From positions 9,543 through 73,542 of the forward strand of contig CAZGJX010000005.1 of the NCBI GenBank assembly GCA_964525635.1: 64,000 bases of DNA, read 5' to 3'. Made by a program: the position numbers and the translations under genes. This DNA is from an uncultured archaeon (lineage in GTDB: Archaea > Asgardarchaeota > Lokiarchaeia > Sigyniarchaeales > SOKP01). This document shows, in pieces, positions 1 to 9,497 of this stretch (position 1 is its first letter; the number at the start of each line of letters is the position of its first letter). The notes under the pieces were generated by a model. It was not told where the DNA came from. It made no database searches and saw nothing but the letters and a program-made list of their open reading frames with translations.

Positions 1-1
1 C

Positions 2-1195
2 TAATGAAACTTCAGCATTAGGAACAGGTCGTCCATCAATATCTCTTACAACAATTCTTACTGATGCGGCTCTTTCTTGTTCTCCCATAAGGGAGATATT
101 TAAATTATAATTATGATATAGCCAATATAATTCTCGCCAAGATAAATCATAATTAAAAAATCTAAGATCATCTATATTTCCAGAAAATGCTTGATTTGCA
201 TCGAAACCTCCTCCTAGAGAATCCTGTTCTTGGGCTATTATTAAACCTCCAGGAGCAATATCAATAGGATCATCAGGATTACCATTAGGATAACTCCAAA
301 TAAGGCTATCATCTAAATGTAAATCTCTATAAATATGACCACCACTTGCATTCCTAAGCCATACATAAAAGTGCCATCCAATTTGAGTTGGAGAAGCCAT
401 TATCATATCATTATGATCTGATCCATCAGATCCTGAGATTATATATTCACCAGATTGTCCCTCTGTTGCCCAAAAGCAGATTGTAAATTCACTTGAACCA
501 TATAAAACAGTATTTGGTACATTAATGTAAGCACTTGTCTGTGTGTTAGCAAAATCTAAAGCCCAATCCCCCCTATAACCTGTAGTATATTGTACATTAG
601 CTCCAACAGAAGCAATTGAGCCATCATTTTTTCCAAATAAATCTCTTGCAGTACTAGATCCTGGATGCTCAAAATCATACCATGCCATTCCAAAACGATC
701 CTCATCAAAGTAAGTGCTTTCACGAGTTGCTGTTGGATTTCCATAATACATATAAGTATTATAATTAGATGAATCAGCTCCAACATTCGATTCAAACCAA
801 ACTCTTGCTATATCTCCTTCTATAGTATAATAATACTTTATAAAGGTACCATTTTGGATAATTCTTAGATCATCTAAATCTGCTTGTGCTTTATTAGTAC
901 TTGTTATATTTGTATGATTAAATTCAAACATGATACCATAGTTATTGAGATTATCATCATACTTATTAGTAATATTTATACTTTGTCGATATTTCCATGA
1001 AACATCCCACCATGGGTCTTCTCCGATTCCCTGGCTTAATTTGATAAGATCAGAATTCTCTTGTTCGTTATATAATTTAAGGTCCTCATTATTTACAGAA
1101 TTTATTGTAATAGTCGAAAATATCGGTGTAATAATAAAAATAATTAGTAATAATACTAATTTTATTATTCTTTCTTTCTTTAATAATAAATTCAT
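2..1195 (-). CDS. Secreted/surface protein with DUF2341-like and LamG/pentraxin-like domains (runs off the window edge)
   Basis: Not in the ORF track. Manual translation from ATG 1195 gives MNLLLKKERIIKLVLLLIIFIITPIFST (signal/TM), then WWDVSWKYRQSINI...DDLRI...VWF...YMYYGNP (DUF2341-like), then FTICFW...WHFY...GGLIIAQEQDSLGGGFDANQAFSGNIDDLRFFN. The frame stays open to position 2. Confidence 0.85.
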   Translation of the reverse strand, partial: MNLLLKKERIIKLVLLLIIFIITPIFSTITINSVNNEDLKLYNEQENSDLIKLSQGIGEDPWWDVSWKYRQSINITNKYDDNLNNYGIMFEFNHTNITSTNKAQADLDDLRIIQNGTFIKYYYTIEGDIARVWFESNVGADSSNYNTYMYYGNPTATRESTYFDEDRFGMAWYDFEHPGSSTARDLFGKNDGSIASVGANVQYTTGYRGDWALDFANTQTSAYINVPNTVLYGSSEFTICFWATEGQSGEYIISGSDGSDHNDMIMASPTQIGWHFYVWLRNASGGHIYRDLHLDDSLIWSYPNGNPDDPIDIAPGGLIIAQEQDSLGGGFDANQAFSGNIDDLRFFNYDLSWRELYWLYHNYNLNISLMGEQERAASVRIVVRDIDGRPVPNAEVSL

Positions 1196-1394
1196 TGATA
1201 TTTACCTTTTCTCTTTAAAAGTTTTTTTTTCTTTTAAAAAATTAAAAATAAGAAATTATTATAATTTTATAAAATTAATAAAGTTCAGATATTAAAATTT
1301 TTTCTAATCTAATTTATTTAATGATAATATAACTCAATAAAAAGAATTAGGAATAAATAAAAGAAGATACTTTTTCTTTTTTAATGTTCTAAAT

Positions 1395-2039
1395 TTATTT
1401 CAGATTATTTTTTTTTTTAAGAATTAAGAAAATTTTTCTTTTTTTTGGATTATTTGGATTATCTATTAAGAATCCTCCCTTAAATTTAGTTTTTCTGATA
1501 ATTATTTCTTTCATATGTTTTAATATTAAATCATTTTTAGGATAAAATTGAAAAATAACTTTTGAGTCATATTTAAGAATTTTATAAAGAGTTGAGATCA
1601 ATTGAGTAAAATTTTGAATCATATTTTTATCATTTATATCTCTATAAATCCATTGTAAGGCTGAAATTGATATAATTCCATTGAAAGTTTTAGGTTTAAA
1701 TGGGAGTAAACATAAATCCCCTACTATTGGATTTATATCTTTAAGATCATAAAAATATAAAAATTCAGAAATAATATCATAAGCTACAACCTTATAATTA
1801 TAATTTTTTAAATAAAAAGAGGCGAAACCTGGGCCACATCCTGCATCTAATATTAAAGCATCTTTATTTTTAAGATTTAGAATTTCCATTGCTCTTTTTG
1901 TGATTTTCATTTGGATTTTTTGTATATTCTTCGATAATGCATATTTTACTAATCGATCTCCTTTAAAATAATCAGAACTATTTTTATATATTTCTTCAGG
2001 TCTTTTCTTTTTTACATCAAAAAAATAATCATCATTCAT
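1395..2039 (-). CDS. Bud23/WBSCR22-like class I SAM-dependent rRNA methyltransferase
   Basis: Motifs RPEEIY, IQMKITKRAMEIL, ILDAGCGPG, IISISALQW, QFYPKND and GGFLID.P...KRKIFL are colinear with the yeast Bud23 sequence as I recall it. Confidence 0.85.
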   Translation of the reverse strand: MNDDYFFDVKKKRPEEIYKNSSDYFKGDRLVKYALSKNIQKIQMKITKRAMEILNLKNKDALILDAGCGPGFASFYLKNYNYKVVAYDIISEFLYFYDLKDINPIVGDLCLLPFKPKTFNGIISISALQWIYRDINDKNMIQNFTQLISTLYKILKYDSKVIFQFYPKNDLILKHMKEIIIRKTKFKGGFLIDNPNNPKKRKIFLILKKKNNLK

Positions 2040-2179
2040 TCTAGCTGTATATAATTAATTTATTCAGATAAGTATAAGATTTTAAATTATAATTTAATAA
2101 ATCAAAAATTTTATTATTTTTAATTGTTTATTTAAAATAAGTCTAACAACTAGAATCAAATATTTTATCGTGATATTTT

Positions 2180-2479
2180 TTGTCTGAAAAAAAGGATAAA
2201 CTCTTAATTCGAAAGGATAATCTAAATTTAAGAAGAAAATATGGAAGATCTAAACAAATCAATATTATTGAACGAGATGCTTTTATTCCAGTGGGATTAG
2301 AAGAAGATATGAAACAAGATCTTTTAAAAAGAAAAGCAATATTAGCAACCGATATTGCAACAAAATATGAGATTAGGGTATCAACTATTAAACTTTTATT
2401 AGAAAAGTATGAAAAAGAAGGTTTAATAAAATTATTTGATCCTTCACTCCATTTTAAAATCTATGTTCCAAATTCGTAA
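2180..2479 (+). CDS. rps25e: 30S ribosomal protein S25e (eS25)
   Basis: Basic 99-aa protein with the winged-helix pattern ATDIATKYEIRVSTIKLLLEKYEKEGLIK..IY; TTG start. Confidence 0.85.
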   Translation: MSEKKDKLLIRKDNLNLRRKYGRSKQINIIERDAFIPVGLEEDMKQDLLKRKAILATDIATKYEIRVSTIKLLLEKYEKEGLIKLFDPSLHFKIYVPNS

Positions 2480-2583
2480 TATATTTTTTAACAATATTTT
2501 GTATACATTTTTTAATTGTCCGAATTTTCTCTAATATAAAATTATTAGAATATTTTATTTTTAACAGTAATTTTAGAACTATA

Positions 2584-2685
2584 GCAGATGTAGCCTAGTG
2601 GTAAGACGCCAGCCTCGAGTATTAGAATATCATCAAGAGAGCTGGAGCGTGAAAACGTGCGGGGGTTCAATTCCCTCCATCTGCG
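2584..2685 (+). tRNA. tRNA-Ser(CGA) with a 20-nt intron (2620-2639) at canonical position 37/38
   Basis: Acceptor stem GCAGATG/CATCTGC; anticodon stem CCAGC/GCTGG; anticodon CGA at 2616-2618; long variable arm; T arm GGGGG-TTCAATT-CCCTC; discriminator G; CCA not encoded. Confidence 0.9.
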
Positions 2686-2804
2686 CTTAGTTTTGAACAT
2701 TTAATTTTAATCTTTAATTTTAATTATTATAGTTTTAAAATCTTTGATCATTTTTTTCTTGAAGATATTTTTAAAATAAAACTAATTAGAAGAAAATATA
2801 TTAT

Positions 2805-3740
2805 TTATTGAATTATTTGGTATATAAGATTCTCCATTTCGGGTTTTGCTGCTTCAATTTTATCTAAAACCTCAACAGTCTTTCCTAGATCCTTTTCATC
2901 TTCTTCAATAATGAATAAAAGATAGAAATCTAAATTACCAAAACTTAAAACTTCAATTACACCTGAGAATCTAAGACCATCTTCAAATTTATCTGAAAAT
3001 TCATAGAATGTACGATCTTCAGAGATAATTTTTTTTTGAATATTAATATAAGCATCATAAATTTTCATTTTTTCTTCAAGATGTAAATGAGGGCGATAAT
3101 ATTCACCTATTGTTATTCCTTTTATATCAAATAAAGCCATTAAGATTGCACTATAATGCTTACTAATTTCTTCGAATAATTGAGAAACCATCTCCATTTT
3201 ATTAAATAATAATGAAAGTCCACTGGAAAAGGCATCCATCACCGATTTTAGATCATAAATACTAGTCTCAAAAAAAAATATATCAAAATCATTAGAATAT
3301 TTGGTTAATGCTTGCTTAAGAGTTAGAGTTTTTTTATTGATGTCTTTATCTTCTGTCATTTCAGGATCAAATTTATGAAATAAAATTGCAATAGGGGGAT
3401 ATTCTTTTACTTCCTTAAAGAATAATAAAACTTGATCTAAATAATCAATAGTCTCAATATATCTATCAGGATCTTGCGCATCTATAACATAAAAAATTAA
3501 ATCTGCTCCACCTAAATATTTTCCAGGATTTTGCATATATTGCCGTCGATATTGCTGTTGACCTCCAAAGTCCATTCTCATAAATTCAACACCCAAGAAT
3601 TTAAACATATCTCTATCAATTCTTTTAGTTGGTAATAAATTTTTAACCTCTTCTTCAAAACCAAATCTCTTGGTTATAGCTGTAATTATGGATGTTTTGC
3701 CTGCATTATCTAATCCTAAGAAGCATATCTTTTTTGGCAT
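2805..3740 (-). CDS. Small GTPase (Rag/Gtr- or Arf-like) with a C-terminal roadblock/longin-like domain
   Basis: G1 GLDNAGKTS, G3 DFGGQ, G4 HKFD, G5 TSIYD, plus an alpha/beta extension of about 130 aa. The start is probably ATG 3740 (MPKKICFLG) rather than 3818. Confidence 0.85.
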   Translation of the reverse strand: MPKKICFLGLDNAGKTSIITAITKRFGFEEEVKNLLPTKRIDRDMFKFLGVEFMRMDFGGQQQYRRQYMQNPGKYLGGADLIFYVIDAQDPDRYIETIDYLDQVLLFFKEVKEYPPIAILFHKFDPEMTEDKDINKKTLTLKQALTKYSNDFDIFFFETSIYDLKSVMDAFSSGLSLLFNKMEMVSQLFEEISKHYSAILMALFDIKGITIGEYYRPHLHLEEKMKIYDAYINIQKKIISEDRTFYEFSDKFEDGLRFSGVIEVLSFGNLDFYLLFIIEEDEKDLGKTVEVLDKIEAAKPEMENLIYQIIQ

Positions 3741-3885
3741 TTTTAATCCCAAATTAAATGATTTATATTTATAATCTTTATATAAATGGTTATATTTTAT
3801 AAATTTATATTTAATCAATTCTGAGATGTTTTTATTATTTATCTTTTTAAAATGAAATCTTCAAATAGTCAAATCTATTTTATTT

Positions 3886-5112
3886 TTAATATGAATTCTT
3901 TGATGAAATAGCAATTTCTTCTAAGTTATCAATTGCATTTTTTATTGTCTCTCTAATTTTAAGAGAACTATATAATTTTTTTAATTTCTTAATATCAATT
4001 TGTTGATTTTTCGGTTTATATTTACAATAATCGATTTTATTAAGGTTTTTAGATATTTTTATTAGAAATCCTTGAATCCTACTTAATTCCAGTCCTATTA
4101 AAGGAGTGAAAATTGGATAATTAGAAAAATGGTAATTCAATGAAATTGATTGTAAATCTACAACATCATTACAAAAAGAGGAATGATTATTATTAATTCC
4201 ATCTGTTAATGCTTTTATTTCTTTATTTGGGTCTTTTAATAATTTGGATATGATTTCAAATCTTATAATTCTGCAAATTGCACATATATCTGTTTTCTCT
4301 TGATGATTTTCTATTACTTCATCAACAACTTTCATAAGATTGATTTTTACTAGTTTTATTTTAGAAAAAGGTACATATTTTAAGACTTGATTCCAATTAA
4401 ATATCCACTCATTTAAGATCTCGTTTTTATTTGTAAGATCAAATAAGATAGGATAGATTACACATCCTCTTCGCATTAAGAAAAAACCTGCAAGAAGATC
4501 ACTTTGTCTACCTATATCCATAACTATAATTTTTTTATTATGCTCAATTGGTAGACCTTCCCATTCTGATTTAATTATATCTGTAAAAATATATGTAAAT
4601 TCATTTCTTACCTCTATAAAAATCCTTTTATTAGGATTACTTAAATCTACTTTGAGCTTCAAATTTTGAAAATTGTCTATTATTTTTTTTCCAACTTCCT
4701 TTGCAACATCCTGAGACTTAAAATTATGATTACCTGATCTTTTTACTCTAAGGGCGAATGTATCCCCTTTAATTAGAATACATTTTGCAATATCTATTGT
4801 TTTTTCTGATATGTTTTTCATATTACTTGAAGTTCTTAGAGCAGGACTTATTGAATATATCCCAAAAATTCTTTTGAATATATCAATAGCTTTAGAAATA
4901 TCCTCATTTTTAAAAAAGAAAAGAATTCTTGCCGCATCTTTACTTAATTGATATTTTGTATAAGGTATATTTTCAAGATCAAACATCTTCTTTATATTAT
5001 TAATTAATGTTTTGATCATTCGCATCTTAACTTTAATTGACTTTAACCAAATCTCTCCAGAATAACGAATTAGGATAATATTATAATATTTTAAAGGATT
5101 AGATTGTTGCAT
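3886..5112 (-). CDS. THUMP-domain ThiI-like tRNA sulfurtransferase homologue with a degenerate PP-loop
   Basis: IRYSGEIWLKS N-terminus, TFALRVKRSG...VDLSNP THUMP domain, GLP, MRRG and CxxC. The SGGxDS motif is replaced by DIGRQSD. Confidence 0.8.
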   Translation of the reverse strand: MQQSNPLKYYNIILIRYSGEIWLKSIKVKMRMIKTLINNIKKMFDLENIPYTKYQLSKDAARILFFFKNEDISKAIDIFKRIFGIYSISPALRTSSNMKNISEKTIDIAKCILIKGDTFALRVKRSGNHNFKSQDVAKEVGKKIIDNFQNLKLKVDLSNPNKRIFIEVRNEFTYIFTDIIKSEWEGLPIEHNKKIIVMDIGRQSDLLAGFFLMRRGCVIYPILFDLTNKNEILNEWIFNWNQVLKYVPFSKIKLVKINLMKVVDEVIENHQEKTDICAICRIIRFEIISKLLKDPNKEIKALTDGINNNHSSFCNDVVDLQSISLNYHFSNYPIFTPLIGLELSRIQGFLIKISKNLNKIDYCKYKPKNQQIDIKKLKKLYSSLKIRETIKNAIDNLEEIAISSKNSY

Positions 5113-5137
5113 TATTTTTTAAATTTGGAATTGGAAA

Positions 5138-6736
5138 TTAATATAATATATTTAAATTGTATTTTCCTATTATTTTTTTTTCATTAGTTCTTAGTTTATT
5201 TTTAGTTAAAGTTGTAAAACCATCCTTATAGATATCAATTTCAATAAATTCCTCATCAAAATGATTCTTTTTTAGATTCCCACCATTTGATATTAAAGTA
5301 TTTTCAACCTTCAAGTTAAATGATATACTTGGAGTGCTGTTTAAAATAAAATCTATCTGAGAATTTGCTAATTGTGAAAGAACATCTCCTGCATCTGTCA
5401 ATTCTGTTCTCCAAACGCTTAAAGGAGTTGGGATTAAGCTATGGAAACAAGCAAAACCACATATCTTATCTTGACTATATTTTAGAATTTCTTCAATCAA
5501 TAATCTTAGTTTTTTCCTTCCAATAAAACCTATATTTGAATCCGTTGTACTTGAATTTATACCTTGAAAGAATAATTTATCACTTTTATATTTTGGATCT
5601 AAAGCACCAATATATTTCTGCCAATATTTCCATGCTGGAGGATGTGAATCTGAATATCCCGGGATAATTATACTTTTATACTCTAAAGGTTGTAATTTTT
5701 CCTTAGCAATTTCAAATTCTGATTCATAACTATGTTTTGTTAGATTACCATTATGTATAACCAAATCTACATTTGGAATTTTATTAATATTTTTGATAAC
5801 TTTATCAAAAGTTGTCTCTTTATTTAAATCCTCTTCTGAAATCAATGTATTTGATAATTGAATTATTTTACATAATGGAATCTCATTTTTCTTAATAGTT
5901 CTTGGAAAATAATTAACTATTTCTCTATTAATCTCTTTTTTGTGATATGATTTTAAAATTGGATGTATTTTAAAGGATATTTTAGATCCTTCAATATCAA
6001 TAATACTATAGGTAAAAAGCTCTCTATATCGCGTTTTATTAGATGAAAAAGTTCCTGCATTAAAAATATATAGATCTTTTTCTGGAGAGCTGATATTGTA
6101 GAGATTAGATATATGTCGATGTCCATTAAAAACTAAATCTGCTTTAGATTTTAGAAGCATTTGAATCATGTCACCAGAATCCTCAATCGCTGAACGCTCT
6201 TTTCCTGTTCTAGGAATAGGAATTGTTTGATGATGGAAACAAACTATTTTTATTTTATTCTCTTTATCTGCTTGTTCTAATTTCCTTTTTAGGGAATTAA
6301 TTGTATTATGGTGAATAATTCCACTTGCTAAATCTGGTTTGGTACTATCAATTCCTAGAATAATAAGATCATCATCCTCATATTCAAAATGGCGTTCTCC
6401 TAAAATTTCCTCAAATAAAAGATAACCTACATTAAGAGAGTCATGATTCCCAATAATATAACGGAGAGGAGCATTCGAAATTGGATTAAATTTTTTCATT
6501 TGCTCTAAAGCATGTTCATAATCTAATAAAGTTCCACTATGAGTAACATCTCCTAAGTGAAGAAATAATGTTACATCCTTGATTTTATTAATTTTATTCA
6601 TTCCTTTATCGAATGCTTCCATATTAAATGAAGATCCAAATCGAGATATATGTGTGTCGGAAATTAAAACTAGTCTTTTTTTAGAGTGAATTTTCTTTTT
6701 TACTTTTACAACACTTTCAGACATTTTATTTTTCAC
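5138..6736 (-). CDS. Tandem calcineurin-like metallophosphoesterase (CpdA-like); second domain degenerate
   Basis: Domain 1 has SDTH, LGD, GNHD, HH and GHRH. Domain 2 has SNT, GNLT, PGYSD and FHS at the equivalent positions. Confidence 0.85.
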   Translation of the reverse strand: MKNKMSESVVKVKKKIHSKKRLVLISDTHISRFGSSFNMEAFDKGMNKINKIKDVTLFLHLGDVTHSGTLLDYEHALEQMKKFNPISNAPLRYIIGNHDSLNVGYLLFEEILGERHFEYEDDDLIILGIDSTKPDLASGIIHHNTINSLKRKLEQADKENKIKIVCFHHQTIPIPRTGKERSAIEDSGDMIQMLLKSKADLVFNGHRHISNLYNISSPEKDLYIFNAGTFSSNKTRYRELFTYSIIDIEGSKISFKIHPILKSYHKKEINREIVNYFPRTIKKNEIPLCKIIQLSNTLISEEDLNKETTFDKVIKNINKIPNVDLVIHNGNLTKHSYESEFEIAKEKLQPLEYKSIIIPGYSDSHPPAWKYWQKYIGALDPKYKSDKLFFQGINSSTTDSNIGFIGRKKLRLLIEEILKYSQDKICGFACFHSLIPTPLSVWRTELTDAGDVLSQLANSQIDFILNSTPSISFNLKVENTLISNGGNLKKNHFDEEFIEIDIYKDGFTTLTKNKLRTNEKKIIGKYNLNILY

Positions 6737-7472
6737 TTTTTGTTTTTATCTTTTCTGGATTACCAGAATATATAGAATTTTCTTGTAAAACTGAATTATA
6801 TTTTGTATATGATAATGCTCCAAGCTTTGCTTTTTTTTCCACAATCGTTCCAGGCAATAAAACACATTTTGCTCCTATCAACGCATCATTCTTAATAATG
6901 ATTTTTTTGATAATAAATTTTTCTTGTTTAATCCCAAAACTTAAAATGGTAGTCCCCATCCCTATGATTACATTATTTCCTATTTCAATAAATTCAGAGG
7001 AAATCCAACAATTATCACAAATAGTTCCTTTTCCAATTCTAACTCCAAACCATCTTAATGTAAATCGATTCTTTAACCATGGAAAGGGATGTGAGGCCAT
7101 AATAAATAATGGCCATTTCTTTATTATATTTCTTAAATTCCAATATCTATAATTTTTATCATTGATATCTCTCTGAAAAATCCCTTCTTTTGGGAAATAT
7201 ATTATTTTACTTATATTTAATATAAGAGCTGAAATTAATATGGCTCCTAGTTGGAGAATATATATGGATAATACTATATTTAAAGGAAGTAATAAGAAAA
7301 ATATCCAAATTAAACCGCCTCCCCGAAAATAAATAATATAGCAGTATTCAAATAATGAAACAGGAAAAAAACTTAATATAATAACAATAAGATATATGAA
7401 GATATATCTATTACGTAATCTTTCATCTATTGGTGTAGGTGAATCTAGCTTTAGGCTAGCTGGTTGAAACAT
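6726..7472 (-). CDS. Membrane protein with a hexapeptide-repeat (left-handed beta-helix) acyltransferase-like domain
   Basis: Two TM segments, PKEG...YRYW, FGVRIGKG, and IGNNVIIG / IGAKCVLLPG repeats. Confidence 0.8.
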   Translation of the reverse strand: MFQPASLKLDSPTPIDERLRNRYIFIYLIVIILSFFPVSLFEYCYIIYFRGGGLIWIFFLLLPLNIVLSIYILQLGAILISALILNISKIIYFPKEGIFQRDINDKNYRYWNLRNIIKKWPLFIMASHPFPWLKNRFTLRWFGVRIGKGTICDNCWISSEFIEIGNNVIIGMGTTILSFGIKQEKFIIKKIIIKNDALIGAKCVLLPGTIVEKKAKLGALSYTKYNSVLQENSIYSGNPEKIKTKSEK

Positions 7473-7511
7473 TTTATCAAGCTTTTTTTTATATATATAA
7501 TTTTTTTATAA

Positions 7512-8336
7512 TTATTTTTTATCTTTTGTATTTTTCATCATTTCGGCTTTAATTCTTGATTGTTCTATTGATTTATGGGTAATTGACTTATTAGCAGGCA
7601 TTCCTATATAAATCAAATTACTTTCTAATACTTGTTCAGGTTTAGTAAAACTATTTGCTCCTAAAACAACCTCATCTTTGATATTTGTCCCTGGAAGGAT
7701 TAATGTATGAGCACCAATAATACATCTTTTTCCAATTTTCACTTTTTTAATAATAAGTTTATCATGATATATTAGATGAGAGAAGATACATACATGAAGA
7801 GAAGTCATAGTATCATCACCAATTTCTACAAACTCAGGATCAATATAACCTTCATATAAAACTACTCTTCTTCCGACTTTTGTACCAAATAAACGGTATA
7901 TAAATATATCTGACCATGGTAATGGAATAGCTCTAGCTAACCATATTGGAAAATAAGCGGTCCAAAATCTTCTATGCATATATTTCCAATCTTTGCTACC
8001 TTTTTTAAACACACCTTCTCTCGGAGGATGTAATAATTTAAGTATTTTATATACTAATGTTGATATTCCCATATTAATTACAAAAAATAAGAAAATATTA
8101 CCATAAATATTCAATGGAACTAATAACCAATACCACCAATAGCCATCAGGAAAAGATTGTATGAATTTATCCCCTGTTAAAAGGAAATATAATGAATTTA
8201 TAAACCAGAGATTGATTAATATAATTATTATTGCTGATATAAAGAATTCAATTAAAATAATTAACGTAAAAGAAGTTTTGTAAACTCCAGATGTAGATAT
8301 ATATTTTATATCTAAAGAAGTGCCTTTTATTTCCAT
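7512..8336 (-). CDS. Membrane protein with a hexapeptide-repeat acyltransferase-like domain (paralogue of 6726-7472)
   Basis: Two TM segments, PREG...WKY, FGTKVG, IGDD, KIGKRCIIGAHTLILPG, GMPA. Confidence 0.8.
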   Translation of the reverse strand: MEIKGTSLDIKYISTSGVYKTSFTLIILIEFFISAIIIILINLWFINSLYFLLTGDKFIQSFPDGYWWYWLLVPLNIYGNIFLFFVINMGISTLVYKILKLLHPPREGVFKKGSKDWKYMHRRFWTAYFPIWLARAIPLPWSDIFIYRLFGTKVGRRVVLYEGYIDPEFVEIGDDTMTSLHVCIFSHLIYHDKLIIKKVKIGKRCIIGAHTLILPGTNIKDEVVLGANSFTKPEQVLESNLIYIGMPANKSITHKSIEQSRIKAEMMKNTKDKK

Positions 8337-8536
8337 CTTTTTTCTATTATCAATTTCTCTAATATTTAAGTTTTATTAATGAATAAATATATATTAAATC
8401 ATTTTCTTATTATTTTTTAAATATATCTAAAACATTTTAATTGTAGTAATAAAATTTATACTAAAAAATAAAAAAAATAAGCTAAATTTAATTATTAAAT
8501 CATAATAATCTTAATCAAAAATAATGTGAGTATATA

Positions 8537-9373
8537 ATGAGTATAGAATGGGAAAAAGCAGAAAAACAACCGGATAAAGCATTAAAAGTTGATGCAAAAG
8601 CTCTACTAGATTTAAGAGAAAAAATTAATGATATTGAAACCCAACTTGCAGAAAAAAAGAAAAAATTATCTCAAACAGAAGAAACCTTAGAATCAACTAA
8701 AAAAGTTTTAGAACAAGTCAAATCCTCAAATGAAGAATCAAATAATGAACTTAGTAAAAAAAATCAAATTATTGATGATCTTGGATCAGAAATTAATAAA
8801 TTAAACCAAAAAATAAATACTAACGATAAACAAATAGAAGAACTTGGAGATAAACTAAATAACATCGCAGGTACTTCAAAATCATCCGAGGAAAAACTAA
8901 TTATTCTTAATAATGAATTAGAAGAAACTAAAAAAGCATTGAAAAATAAAGAAGAAGAATTATCAAATCTTAATGAAAAAACCAATTCGCAGGAACAGGA
9001 ACTTATTTCTCTAAAATCTAATCAGGAAGAATTTAAATCATTAAAGTCAGAAAATCAAGAATTAAAATCTCAGATTGAGGAAAAAGATAATCAAATATCT
9101 GAATTGACTTCAACCCTTGAAGAAAAGAGTAAATCTTTGGAGGAAACAATCGAGAGCCTCGAAGTAGTTGAAAGTGAATTAAGTGAATATAAACCTCCTG
9201 AAATAGGATCTGGAGGTTTTACTAGTGAGGAACGAGTTTCATGTCCTATGTGTGGTGCTGTTGGACAATATATAAAAACTGTTGAAGATAAATCAAAAGT
9301 ATTAAGCTATGTTGGCCATATTCCGATGTATGCTAAGAAAAATGTTTGTAAAAAATGTGGTTATGAATTTTAG
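8537..9373 (+). CDS. Long coiled-coil protein with a C-terminal zinc ribbon
   Basis: About 200 aa of E/K/L heptads followed by CPMCG...CKKCGYEF. Confidence 0.85.
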   Translation: MSIEWEKAEKQPDKALKVDAKALLDLREKINDIETQLAEKKKKLSQTEETLESTKKVLEQVKSSNEESNNELSKKNQIIDDLGSEINKLNQKINTNDKQIEELGDKLNNIAGTSKSSEEKLIILNNELEETKKALKNKEEELSNLNEKTNSQEQELISLKSNQEEFKSLKSENQELKSQIEEKDNQISELTSTLEEKSKSLEETIESLEVVESELSEYKPPEIGSGGFTSEERVSCPMCGAVGQYIKTVEDKSKVLSYVGHIPMYAKKNVCKKCGYEF

Positions 9374-9497
9374 TATTTTTTTATTTTTCCTTTTAATTTT
9401 AAGACCTAGGTTTTCTTTTAATAGATCATTTAAACTATAATTTAATTCTTTAAATTCTCAAAGAATTTTTAAGATAAGAAAAAGAATTTCAATTAAT

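Noticed and set aside
556-1295. Track ORFs 556-795 (-) and 945-1295 (+)
   Set aside because: Both overlap the real DUF2341/LamG gene (1195 to the edge), out of frame or antisense.
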